64,000 nucleotides of DNA from a virus (lineage: Duplodnaviria > Heunggongvirae > Uroviricota > Caudoviricetes), in IMG/VR virus record IMGVR_UViG_3300037312_000757; one strand, written 5' to 3'. Position 1 is the stretch's first letter. Every line of letters begins with the position of its first letter. Below the pieces are notes generated by a model that saw only the letters and a list, made by a program, of their open reading frames with translations, was not told the DNA's origin and searched no databases. Of this stretch, positions 1 to 8,374 are shown piece after piece. The translations under genes were made by a program, and so were the position numbers.

Positions 1-245
1 GAATCGCAACCACGATTGAAAACAGGCAAGTCTTCCATTCGTTTAATACTTGAAACATCAATAGTTTGATGATCCAAATTCCATGAAGCTGGGTTTGTTG
101 GATCATCTTGGCCAAATCCGTCGCAAGAAAAGTTGCAACCCCAGAAGCGAATCCATACCGTTGGGACGCCAGTGTATCGACCTTCACCCTGGAAGGTGTC
201 ACCGAAGATTTCGCTGTACTTGTATTTTTTGATATGTGTTGTCAT
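1..245 (-). CDS. queE: 7-carboxy-7-deazaguanine synthase (radical SAM QueE-like), N-terminal part; runs off the window
   Basis: Absent from the ORF track. Manual translation from the ATG at 245 gives MTTHIKKYKYSEIFGDTFQGEGRYTGVPTVWIRFWGCNFSC...GCD, the QueE EIF..QGEG..G.P..F(I)R..GCN..C signature. The ATG overlaps the upstream TAA. Confidence 0.88.
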   Translation of the reverse strand, partial: MTTHIKKYKYSEIFGDTFQGEGRYTGVPTVWIRFWGCNFSCDGFGQDDPTNPASWNLDHQTIDVSSIKRMEDLPVFNRGCD

Positions 246-418
246 TATTCTTCTCGTTTTGTCACCAGACGCTCTTGTTCAGTTGCAATCAACTTTGCCA
301 ATGCTTCGATTTCTTTTTGAAGTTCTTCGATGTATGCCGGATGAGCGCCATTTGCCAGAATAGCTTGCTTTTGAGCCAGAAGCGCCTGCCAATATTCCAA
401 TTCGTTTGATGAAGCCAT
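245..418 (-). CDS. small helical hypothetical protein
   Basis: ORF 245..451; likely start is the ATG at 418 (MASSNELEYW). Its stop overlaps the queE start. Confidence 0.6.
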   Translation of the reverse strand: MASSNELEYWQALLAQKQAILANGAHPAYIEELQKEIEALAKLIATEQERLVTKREE

Positions 419-437
419 TTGTGTTCCGAAGGCAAAA

Positions 438-460
438 TGCCAGTCTAGCAAAGACTGGCA
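438..460 (-). terminator. stem-loop downstream of dadA
   Basis: TGCCAGTCT-agcaa-AGACTGGCA, followed by TTTT on the minus strand. Confidence 0.6.
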
Positions 461-469
461 ACCTATGCA

Positions 470-1723
470 TTAAACACCGTTGGCTTTATTCCAAATGAGA
501 TCAGCAATCTCTTTCGATGTTGCCGCACCGAGTGTCCAGCCCAAATGCCCATGACCAGTATTGAACAACACTCGATCACTAGACACTGACTCACGAACAA
601 TGGGGTACATGGTGGGCGTCATAGGACGCAAACCAGCCCATGGCACAGCGTTCTTGACGCTTACATCGGGGAAACATGTACGGACCCAATCCAGCAGTGG
701 CTTGACGCGATCCTGACGGATATCGTAGTTCCAATCCGCCAGTTCTGCTGTACCTGCAACGCGCAGACGATCACCTAGACGCGATGACACAATCTTAGTT
801 GCGTCATCCAGAAGGCTGATCATTGGTGCAGCATTACGGCTAAAACTGCTTTCGAGTGGAACCGTGATGCTGTATCCCTTTACAGGATAGACATTGACTG
901 AGTCATCAACCATCTTTGCAAGCTCATTGCTATCTACACCAGCACAGATGATGACTTGCTCCAAGCGAGCATCAACATTCATCTCGCCATTAGATTCAGT
1001 GGTGACATCGACGAATTGACTATAGGGGCGAATGTCCGTAACAGTAGTATCATACTTGAATACGACGCCATAACGGTCTTTCAAGACTTGCGTCAATTCG
1101 ACACAAAACTTGTGAATGTCACCGCTTGCATCGTCTGGAGTGTACGTACCACCCAGAATAGTATTGCGAATCGGTGCGAGTGATGGTTCCAGCTTCACCA
1201 CTTCATCTGTTGATATCATGTATCGATCAACACCAGCAGCCTTGAAGTATTCGCATGACTTGATTGCAGCGTCATACGTTTTCCGGTCACGATAGAAGTG
1301 TAGGATACCTTGCTTGAGAAGGTCGAACTGAATGTCCTCTTCTTCAGCAATTTCATAATACAGTTCGCGAGCAGCGAGGCCTGTTTGGATGGTAAGGCCC
1401 GTGTATTTGTCGAAGTTAGACTGGCCCTTGATGGTGTTCAGCAAGAAGCCAGCAAGCCATTTGTACTTGGGCATGCTTGGGGTCAAGTCAAAGAGCAGCG
1501 GTGCATCCTTCTTGAACATCCACTTCATGCCCTTCTTGACCGTTGACCAGCTTGTCCAAACCTCTGCGTTACTGACACTAAGCTGCCCACCATTCGCATA
1601 CGAAGTCTGCATAGCAGAATAAGGATGCTTGTCGTAGACCACAACCGAGTAGCCAAGTCTAGCAAGGTAATAGGCGGTGGTAACACCCGTGATGCCAGCG
1701 CCGATGATTCCGATTGAACTCAT
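470..1723 (-). CDS. dadA: D-amino acid dehydrogenase (DadA/DAO family FAD oxidoreductase)
   Basis: GAGITG Rossmann motif, TSYANGGQLS, YPVKGYSIT, LRVAGTAE, WAGLRPMTP, NTGHGHLGWT. Confidence 0.9.
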   Translation of the reverse strand: MSSIGIIGAGITGVTTAYYLARLGYSVVVYDKHPYSAMQTSYANGGQLSVSNAEVWTSWSTVKKGMKWMFKKDAPLLFDLTPSMPKYKWLAGFLLNTIKGQSNFDKYTGLTIQTGLAARELYYEIAEEEDIQFDLLKQGILHFYRDRKTYDAAIKSCEYFKAAGVDRYMISTDEVVKLEPSLAPIRNTILGGTYTPDDASGDIHKFCVELTQVLKDRYGVVFKYDTTVTDIRPYSQFVDVTTESNGEMNVDARLEQVIICAGVDSNELAKMVDDSVNVYPVKGYSITVPLESSFSRNAAPMISLLDDATKIVSSRLGDRLRVAGTAELADWNYDIRQDRVKPLLDWVRTCFPDVSVKNAVPWAGLRPMTPTMYPIVRESVSSDRVLFNTGHGHLGWTLGAATSKEIADLIWNKANGV

Positions 1724-1745
1724 TTATAGTTATTTGGAAATGACA

Positions 1746-1770
1746 ATGCCAGTCTAAACTAGACTGGCAT
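1746..1770 (-). terminator. stem-loop upstream of dadA / downstream of the PRTase
   Basis: ATGCCAGTCTA-aac-TAGACTGGCAT. Confidence 0.55.
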
Positions 1771-1789
1771 CATTTGCTACTGTTTCAGA

Positions 1790-2278
1790 TCAGTATTCCC
1801 AGGGGAAACAAACCCAGACTGGTTTTTCAACTTTGTTGATTTCTTCACCAACATAGTCAGGCTCGAAGTGTCGTCCACCAAGGTTGTGAACCAAGACGGC
1901 ATATTTGACTTGAACAGCTGGTTGTTCAACGTCAGCTTCGAGTGGAGGCAGATTGCGCCGCAATTCATCATCGATCAAACGAAGGGTCTCACCCTCGTCG
2001 CAGATCTCATCAACGATGAGAACACGACGACCTTCGTTTACGAACTTCTGCACTTCAGCGAGTGATTCGATGTGTGCATGATCTCGAAGAGCAATGTGAA
2101 CTGTACGGAGCGGAACGTCAAAGTAATGGCTTGCATGTACAGCGGGAACAAGCCCGCCACGTGTAATGCCCACCACAACATCTGGCTTGAACTCGTCGTT
2201 AGCCATTTGACGGAAGATATTTGCCAGATGTTTCTGGTTCATATCTTCATATGTGATGTAATACTTATTTGTTGACAT
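1790..2278 (-). CDS. type I purine phosphoribosyltransferase (Gpt/Hpt-like)
   Basis: VVGITRGGLVPA, PRPP-binding loop VLIVDEICDEGET, C-terminal WVCFPWE; start taken as MSTNKYY (2278). Confidence 0.85.
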   Translation of the reverse strand: MSTNKYYITYEDMNQKHLANIFRQMANDEFKPDVVVGITRGGLVPAVHASHYFDVPLRTVHIALRDHAHIESLAEVQKFVNEGRRVLIVDEICDEGETLRLIDDELRRNLPPLEADVEQPAVQVKYAVLVHNLGGRHFEPDYVGEEINKVEKPVWVCFPWEY

Positions 2279-2945
2279 TGTTCGCAATCGCCAGGAATTC
2301 ACTACGAACGAGTGCGTCAGTACGGAACTTACCGCCCAGGTAGCTGGTTACAGTGGATGAGCCTGTGTCTTCAACACCACGTGACTTCACGCAGTAGTGT
2401 TGAGCGTTGATAACAACAGCAACGTCATCAGTTTCAAGGATAAACTGCAGAGCAGCAGCGATCTGGTTTGTCAGTCGCTCTTGAATTTGTGGACGCTTTG
2501 CGAAGTATTCAACAACACGATTAATCTTGCTCAGGCCAAGAACCTTCTTGTTTGGCAGATATGCAACAGTAGCCAGACCGTCGATGATAACGAAGTGATG
2601 TTCACAGTTCGATTGAACTGAAACACCCTTTTCTACGACCATTTCGTCGTAACCCATCTTGTTTTCAACGGCTGTACACTTTGGAAAGTTTTCAGGATCA
2701 AGACCCCAGAAGATTTCGCTGCAATACATCTTAGCAACACGGAGTGGCGTTTCAATCAGACTGTCGTCAGTCAGATCAAGACCCAGTGTTTCCATGATTG
2801 CTTTGAAGTGCTTTTCGATCTTGCTGACCTTCTGCTTGACGGTCAGTGTGTTTGGCACTGTTGGAGTTTCGAGACCTTGTGAAACCAGGTGATTGTGAAC
2901 GGCGACGCCCAGAGCGGGATCGCACTTGTTTTTATTGAATGACAT
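2265..2945 (-). CDS. folE: GTP cyclohydrolase I
   Basis: ETPLRVAKMY, SNCEHHF, GLSKINRVV, RPQIQERLT, HYCVKSRGV. Confidence 0.97.
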   Translation of the reverse strand: MSFNKNKCDPALGVAVHNHLVSQGLETPTVPNTLTVKQKVSKIEKHFKAIMETLGLDLTDDSLIETPLRVAKMYCSEIFWGLDPENFPKCTAVENKMGYDEMVVEKGVSVQSNCEHHFVIIDGLATVAYLPNKKVLGLSKINRVVEYFAKRPQIQERLTNQIAAALQFILETDDVAVVINAQHYCVKSRGVEDTGSSTVTSYLGGKFRTDALVRSEFLAIANNVNK

Positions 2946-3027
2946 TGCAACCTCTTATTGCATTATTGTTGTTCTACTACGGCCTCTTACCGTAGAGGAT
3001 GGAGAAGAATTGCTCTTGCTCCACCCA

Positions 3028-3064
3028 TATTTAGTATTTTAAACCAGCTCTTTGAAGCTGTCAA
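3028..3064 (-). promoter_or_regulatory. tandem sigma70-like and late (TAAATA) promoter upstream of folE
   Basis: Minus strand reads TTGACA-N17-TAAAAT (3064-3036), then TAAATA (3033-3028). Confidence 0.7.
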
Positions 3065-3067
3065 AAT

Positions 3068-4183
3068 TTAAATGCCCAGCAACGCGTTATACATCTTATA
3101 CGCCTTGGCATATTCGTGTAAACGTGTCTTGTTGAACTGGTTAATTTGACTCTTGATGGAATCGTAATGCGTCATCGAGAAGCGAATCTTCTTAACCAAT
3201 TCTTCCTTATGTGCCAAGTAAGCATCAAAGCTTTCTGTCCATTCTGATGGATACAGGAAGTTGTTGAAGCCTTCAAAGATCTCAGTATAGCTGAGTCGAT
3301 TTGGCACCAACGAAATGTTCATGGTCATTGGTGCTTCCATGCATGAGGAAATACCAAATGTTTCCTGCAAGTTTGCGCTGAATGTCAACTTACTTTGGCA
3401 AAGCAATGCGTGATACTCAGCCTTCGTCAAACGTTGCTCTTGGCAAGTCACGAATTCGTATTCTGGCAGGGATGCCTTCAGATCTAGGAAGATGTCATGC
3501 TGCTTTTCAGGAGCAATGCGATGCGGGAAGAGGATCATGTCCTTCTTGTTGGCACACGCACCAGAATCTTGAAATGCTTGCAAGTGTGCAATCAGACCTT
3601 CGTGTGGTTGACCTGACAGCATCATTCGATTAAGAATACCTGAAAGGTTGGCATCAGGATCCACATAGTCACCAAATACACCATCGAAGAACAGTTGTTG
3701 ATGGAATACGGTTGCGTAAATGTTCTTGTCGAGTGCCCAGAAAATTGCTTCTTCTGTGCTACGTGCCCAACGCTTGTCTTGAATCAAACGGCCAAGAAAG
3801 TCTTGTGGGTCGTACTGACCAGCATGCCAAATACCATAAAGTTCAGCCTTGATACCAAGCAAGTCAAGCATGTACTTCGTTTGAAGGATGACTGGATTCC
3901 AGGCATCAGTGAACAGGAACTTGTCACCATCCTTGATTTCACCTTCTGAGATCAGCTTTGCAATCTTGATTGACTGCTCACTCTTCCATTTGTTTGTACC
4001 AGCAAAGTTAATGAACGCGCCCGGGGTTGTCAGCTGTTCTTTGTCGTCACCGACAATGTTCACCACGTCAACGTCGACGCTGTAGTCTTCTACGTGCTTG
4101 CGAAGGGCGGTGGGAATACCTTCCAGCCACTCGCAAGTGTAACGGTTAGGAAGGGACTCAAGTGAAACTACGTAAATTGTCAT
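3068..4183 (-). CDS. GT-B fold glycosyltransferase-like protein
   Basis: ILFPHRIAPEK and SANLQETFGIS (GT4-like E-x-F-G donor-binding motif); WHAGQYDPQDFLGR. Confidence 0.7.
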   Translation of the reverse strand: MTIYVVSLESLPNRYTCEWLEGIPTALRKHVEDYSVDVDVVNIVGDDKEQLTTPGAFINFAGTNKWKSEQSIKIAKLISEGEIKDGDKFLFTDAWNPVILQTKYMLDLLGIKAELYGIWHAGQYDPQDFLGRLIQDKRWARSTEEAIFWALDKNIYATVFHQQLFFDGVFGDYVDPDANLSGILNRMMLSGQPHEGLIAHLQAFQDSGACANKKDMILFPHRIAPEKQHDIFLDLKASLPEYEFVTCQEQRLTKAEYHALLCQSKLTFSANLQETFGISSCMEAPMTMNISLVPNRLSYTEIFEGFNNFLYPSEWTESFDAYLAHKEELVKKIRFSMTHYDSIKSQINQFNKTRLHEYAKAYKMYNALLGI

Positions 4184-4590
4184 TTGTTTACACTGTTATA
4201 TGAATGATCTTCAATTGGATACCAGCCAATTTTGTTTAATGCCTCGCGGACTTTAGCAGTAACGTAGCCATATTCAATATTTGCTCGGTAATTGCTACAG
4301 TACCAATCCATGTAATCTTCGCTGGTGCCATGGAACTCATTTCTGAGATCTGCAATTACACCGCCCATCGCTCTAAAGCTGGCGCCCCAAGTTCTATGTT
4401 CGAAGTCTTCAGTCAACGCAAACTCAACCTGTTCGGCGGTTGTTGGCAAAGAAGCATCGTATTTCTTGTACCAATCAACGTTGGCAAACGCAGTCCATAG
4501 TTCACAGCAGAAGTCAGCATCAGCCATAAGTTGAATGAACTCAGGATACTTCTTTACGTCTTCTGTAAAGTCTATGAACTGCTCAGTCAT
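4180..4590 (-). CDS. phage hypothetical protein
   Basis: Start MTEQFIDF (4590) just after the upstream stop; WGASFRAMGGVIADLR...DYMDWYCS; stop overlaps the next start. Confidence 0.7.
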   Translation of the reverse strand: MTEQFIDFTEDVKKYPEFIQLMADADFCCELWTAFANVDWYKKYDASLPTTAEQVEFALTEDFEHRTWGASFRAMGGVIADLRNEFHGTSEDYMDWYCSNYRANIEYGYVTAKVREALNKIGWYPIEDHSYNSVNK

Positions 4591-4592
4591 GA

Positions 4593-5042
4593 TTAGTCCA
4601 GATAAAGACCGCGAGCGTTTGATGATTGTGGGCCGAGATTCACAGGAGCGGCAACTTGGATGACAGGATAAGTCATCAAAGCACCATTCTCGCCATCTTC
4701 GCTGACTTCGATTTGCACCCAACGACCAGGATAACGGTTATTGATTTGACCATACAAATCATCAGACATCATCTCACATGACTTGTAGTCGAGTTGAAGA
4801 ATAGCATCCTTGCCATATAGATTTTCCAGCCAACGCTTGAACTGGATGAATTCGATATCACGATCATTGTGTGTCACTTCAATAGTAACACGGAAATGAA
4901 ACATATGGCGATGTGGATGGCCCAGGAAGCTCACATCATATTCATCGCCGGTCGCCAGGTTAGGATCAGTAAGAGCAGCCGGATACTTGTGAACACCTTC
5001 CTTTTGGAAGGCAACGAAGATCAGTTTGTTAGGTTGTGACAT
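4593..5042 (-). CDS. QueD/PTPS-like T-fold protein with LxxxHRHxF motif (possible DpdL-type CDG decarboxylase)
   Basis: FLGHPHRHMFHF, DRDIEF, SCEM, EVSEDGENGA; lies in the folE/queE cluster. Confidence 0.75.
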   Translation of the reverse strand: MSQPNKLIFVAFQKEGVHKYPAALTDPNLATGDEYDVSFLGHPHRHMFHFRVTIEVTHNDRDIEFIQFKRWLENLYGKDAILQLDYKSCEMMSDDLYGQINNRYPGRWVQIEVSEDGENGALMTYPVIQVAAPVNLGPQSSNARGLYLD

Positions 5043-5448
5043 AAATTGTTCCGTCGTATTTGATGTTGACTTCGAAGAGTGCGGCTTCAGATAGTTCGTA
5101 ACTTAGGTTAGCTAACTTGAAATCTACGATTTCAGGACGTAGTAACTGCACCGTAAGAACTTCCTGATTTGCTTCATTAAACAACGTCACTTCGACGCTC
5201 ACGCCATCTTCAATGTCATGTACTGTTTTGGTTTCCATGATAGCGGTTAACGCCTTGATTACCAAATTGTCAGCATCAGCACGAATATAGAACGTTGCCA
5301 CCTCACCTTTCATAAGAGAAAACCCATCAATACTACAAAGTGACTGGGCCAAAATGTCCATATCAACACCTTGTAATATTGCGGTGAGACTTTTGAAGTT
5401 TGCGGTGAAGCGATAACTCATCACTGGCCGCGGGATATTTGCGCTCAT
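5029..5448 (-). CDS. hypothetical protein, possible tail-tube (gp19-like) paralogue
   Basis: P.MSYRF N-terminus and L.Y..SE...F.V.I.YD C-terminus. Confidence 0.45.
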   Translation of the reverse strand: MSANIPRPVMSYRFTANFKSLTAILQGVDMDILAQSLCSIDGFSLMKGEVATFYIRADADNLVIKALTAIMETKTVHDIEDGVSVEVTLFNEANQEVLTVQLLRPEIVDFKLANLSYELSEAALFEVNIKYDGTIYVTT

Positions 5449-5780
5449 TCAAGAAACTCTGTGAACCATGGCATTGCCAGGCTCGGATTCTTTGCATCTG
5501 GTTTGGCAGTCTTCAGCGACTCATACAAAGTGTCCAAGTCTTGCTCCCAGACGTTGAAGATTTGAATTGAGCTACGTTGCGTGGTTACTGAACGACGACC
5601 ATAAAACAGGCGCTTCTGGCCCAGTCGTTGAGTGAGGCGCGCCACATGCTGAGCAATTTGGTCTTCAGTGGCATTGTTGCCTCGAAGCAATTCGACCGCT
5701 TGTTCGATGTTCTCTTGTGATAGTGGCACCGCATTGGCAATCTCTTCGCCAAAAAGTGCTTTGAATTCGGTTAATGTCAT
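5445..5780 (-). CDS. hypothetical protein
   Basis: Start MTLTEF at 5780 forms an ATGA overlap with the upstream stop. Confidence 0.7.
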   Translation of the reverse strand: MTLTEFKALFGEEIANAVPLSQENIEQAVELLRGNNATEDQIAQHVARLTQRLGQKRLFYGRRSVTTQRSSIQIFNVWEQDLDTLYESLKTAKPDAKNPSLAMPWFTEFLE

Positions 5781-6214
5781 TCTGGCTTTATTATATTTTC
5801 TAACTTCTTGTAATTGAAATCTACGTAGAAACAACTGCGATAAGACTCGCCATATCCTACAGCGCTGATCTGAATACCATCGATCTTCACACCATGTAAC
5901 CGACGGATGCATGGCGAATCGCCGGGTAATGCGTTTAGATATTCGATGTCAATGATGATATCGTGGCCATTTTTAAATTCTTCGATCAATTGTTGCAATG
6001 CCACAACTACATGGCCGTCAACATCATCCTGAATGCGCATAGTGGCTTTGTGGCTATCTTCATTTGAAGCCGAGAACAAAGCTAACCCTTCTATGCGAAT
6101 AATGTTGGGTGTCAACCTATCATATTGGTTAGTTAGTTGGCCAACTACCGTCTTTATCTTCGCTTCGAATCGATCAACACTTCTTGCACGTGGCGCTTTT
6201 GGATGCTCTTTCAT
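5777..6214 (-). CDS. hypothetical protein, possible tail-tube (gp19-like) paralogue
   Basis: ATGA-coupled start at 6214; DRF, IQDD, IDIEYL, L.G..I...YG.S...F.V.F.Y pattern. Confidence 0.45.
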   Translation of the reverse strand: MKEHPKAPRARSVDRFEAKIKTVVGQLTNQYDRLTPNIIRIEGLALFSASNEDSHKATMRIQDDVDGHVVVALQQLIEEFKNGHDIIIDIEYLNALPGDSPCIRRLHGVKIDGIQISAVGYGESYRSCFYVDFNYKKLENIIKPE

Positions 6215-6777
6215 GCTGTTCCTTGACTGTATGACGTCCATAGTTTCAGATCGAAATCAGCAGGCGTCATGTTGTTTTTAGCAGCCAGCTTCAGAAACTC
6301 TTTCTCCAGCTCAAGGTATTGCTTGTCACCTGGTGTTTGCTTTGGCGCCGCAAATCCCTCTGAACGAAGGTATTTGAGGATATGAACGTCAAGCACCGCA
6401 ATGTTCTGGTTGGGACGGGAATGAAGAAGGAAGAAACGTGCAGTCTTGTTACCGATGCCCTTGACCTTCTTGATTTCGTCTAATGTGGCGGTTTTCAGAT
6501 CAAGCTTCAAGCTTTGCTCGAAACCGGCAGCAAGACGATTGTATTGGCCAAGTTTGCTTTCCTTGAGTTTGTCGAGGAGAACGCCGTTGTCAACCATATC
6601 CTGAATGATTTCAAATGGCGTGTCACCATTACCAGCACTCAGAAATGCGTCAAGAAACTTTGCCTGTACCTTGGCTGTTTTGCCCGCAACTGTTTGGCAG
6701 AAAAGAAAGAAAAGTTGCAATTCACCGTCGGCGCGGTCGAACTTAGTTACGTCTGTGGGATCAACTAAGAAGTTCAT
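6211..6777 (-). CDS. HhH DNA glycosylase, 8-oxoguanine glycosylase (Ogg2)-like
   Basis: HhH motif VKGIGNKTARFFL, VLDVHILKYL, Y.ELEK.F, DLKLW; start MNFLVDP (6777). Confidence 0.75.
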   Translation of the reverse strand: MNFLVDPTDVTKFDRADGELQLFFLFCQTVAGKTAKVQAKFLDAFLSAGNGDTPFEIIQDMVDNGVLLDKLKESKLGQYNRLAAGFEQSLKLDLKTATLDEIKKVKGIGNKTARFFLLHSRPNQNIAVLDVHILKYLRSEGFAAPKQTPGDKQYLELEKEFLKLAAKNNMTPADFDLKLWTSYSQGTA

Positions 6778-6790
6778 ATTATTCTCTAAT

Positions 6791-6827
6791 AGTTGCCATA
6801 TTCTACATATGGCAACTGACTGTGCAA
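6791..6827 (-). promoter_or_regulatory. sigma70-like promoter with a palindrome over the -10 box
   Basis: Minus strand TTGCAC-N16-TAGAAT; AGTTGCCATAT-tctac-ATATGGCAACT at 6791-6817. Confidence 0.5.
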
Positions 6828-6837
6828 TATTTTTCGA

Positions 6838-6845
6838 TATAAATA
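6838..6845 (+). promoter_or_regulatory. T4-type late promoter TATAAATA
   Basis: Exact T4 late consensus about 30 nt upstream of the flavodoxin-like gene. Confidence 0.6.
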
Positions 6846-6873
6846 TCGGCATATAACTTTTTACGGGTACAGT

Positions 6874-7506
6874 ATGAAAGCATTGATTTTAAACGGTTCA
6901 CTTCGCAAGGAAGAGGCCCAGTCAAATACGACAGCTTTGAGTCTCATGCTTGCTGACGAGATGAAAAAGTACGATGTCGAAACAGAACATGTATATTTGC
7001 GTGACGTAGACTTATCCCCAGGCGCCAAGCTAAAACCTCAAGAACCAGACCAAAGTCCTGAGCTCTTCAAGAAAGTCCTGGAAACTGATATTCTCGTTTT
7101 TGCTACACCAATTTGGTGGTGTAGCCATTCAAGCTTGATCCAGGCTGTTATCGAGCGTCTGTCATGGGTTGACGACTACTATATCGACAAGGACTTCAGT
7201 CCTCTTTACGGTAAAGTGTTTGGTTGTATCGTTAATGGTGCTGGTGATGGCGTACAGCACATCAACGCATCACTCTTCAACTGGGCATCGCAGCTAGGCT
7301 TCATAATTCCCCCTGAGGCTGGCTTAAACTACCTTGGCGAGGACGGTGAGAAGAACATCAGAGCTAGTAAGACCACAATGATGAAGCTCTCCAAGACTGC
7401 TAGAAACCTGGCATTCTTTGCCGACGTTTCCACTACCCAAAAGCTTGGCTTAGAAGTGCAAACGGAAAAGACAACACCATACACAGGTGTTAAGGTAAGC
7501 GAATAA
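6874..7506 (+). CDS. NAD(P)H-dependent FMN reductase / flavodoxin-like protein
   Basis: LILNGSLR, SNT, DILVFATPIWW, LYGKVFG. Confidence 0.85.
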   Translation: MKALILNGSLRKEEAQSNTTALSLMLADEMKKYDVETEHVYLRDVDLSPGAKLKPQEPDQSPELFKKVLETDILVFATPIWWCSHSSLIQAVIERLSWVDDYYIDKDFSPLYGKVFGCIVNGAGDGVQHINASLFNWASQLGFIIPPEAGLNYLGEDGEKNIRASKTTMMKLSKTARNLAFFADVSTTQKLGLEVQTEKTTPYTGVKVSE

Positions 7507-7507
7507 C

Positions 7508-7533
7508 AAAAGGCTCCCAATTGGGAGCCTTTT
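7508..7533. terminator. bidirectional intrinsic terminator
   Basis: AAAAGGCTCCCAA-TTGGGAGCCTTTT between convergent genes. Confidence 0.85.
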
Positions 7534-7550
7534 CTACAGCAATTGTCTAA

Positions 7551-8303
7551 TTAACGACGACGTGCTGGAAGAATATAGTTGTACTCTGCGTGATCAGTTG
7601 TTACAGCAACCAGCAATGCGCCCTTGCTTGTGATACCAACCTTGTAGTCGTTACCGTCAGCTGACTTCAGGATCGACAGGAACTGGGAAATTGGCCACAA
7701 CAGTTCGCCCTTCAGCTCACCTGTAATTGTTTCTTCGAATACCATGCTTGCACGGTGTGTTGCTGAACCTTCTTCACCGATTGCGAACACCAGTGAACCA
7801 TCCTTCGTCTTCACTGAGAAGAACTGGTCAAACTGTGAATACAGACCGGCCAGACCTTGGAATTCCTGGATCTTTGCCTTTGCTGGTGTGAATTCAACGT
7901 CCCACTTAATGTCAGCAACGAGTGGTTGATCACCAACCAGTTGTGCGCTCATCAGGCGGAAGTTTGCACCCAGGCCCTTTGCATCGCGGAATTCGAATTC
8001 TTCTGGTGTTGACTTACCATTCATGTCACGACGTGTAACGTTGAACGTGGCGTCATCAGTCTTGTATGACGCAAAGTTCAGCAGACCGTTCAGGAGTTGC
8101 AGGTTAGCAACACCAAATTCACCGACCAGATCAGCTTGAGCTTCTTTTGTCTTTGCCTTGATAATCACTGACTTGTCAGCGTCAACTGCTTCGATGCGTG
8201 TTTCATCAGCAGTACCAGTAACCTTGATCTGCTCGACGAAACCCAGACCACCAATCTTCTTCACGATGTCTTGAATGACATTCTTAGTATTTGTGTTGCT
8301 CAT
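7551..8303 (-). CDS. putative DNA polymerase sliding clamp (gp45-like)
   Basis: 250 aa, alternating beta/alpha pattern, C-terminal YNYILPA, position downstream of the DNA polymerase. Confidence 0.6.
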   Translation of the reverse strand: MSNTNTKNVIQDIVKKIGGLGFVEQIKVTGTADETRIEAVDADKSVIIKAKTKEAQADLVGEFGVANLQLLNGLLNFASYKTDDATFNVTRRDMNGKSTPEEFEFRDAKGLGANFRLMSAQLVGDQPLVADIKWDVEFTPAKAKIQEFQGLAGLYSQFDQFFSVKTKDGSLVFAIGEEGSATHRASMVFEETITGELKGELLWPISQFLSILKSADGNDYKVGITSKGALLVAVTTDHAEYNYILPARRR

Positions 8304-8374
8304 TGTTTGGAGTGTCTCCGTTTGTTTATTTTCAGTATTATGCAGCTTGCCAGCTTTTGATACAAATTGTTTTG

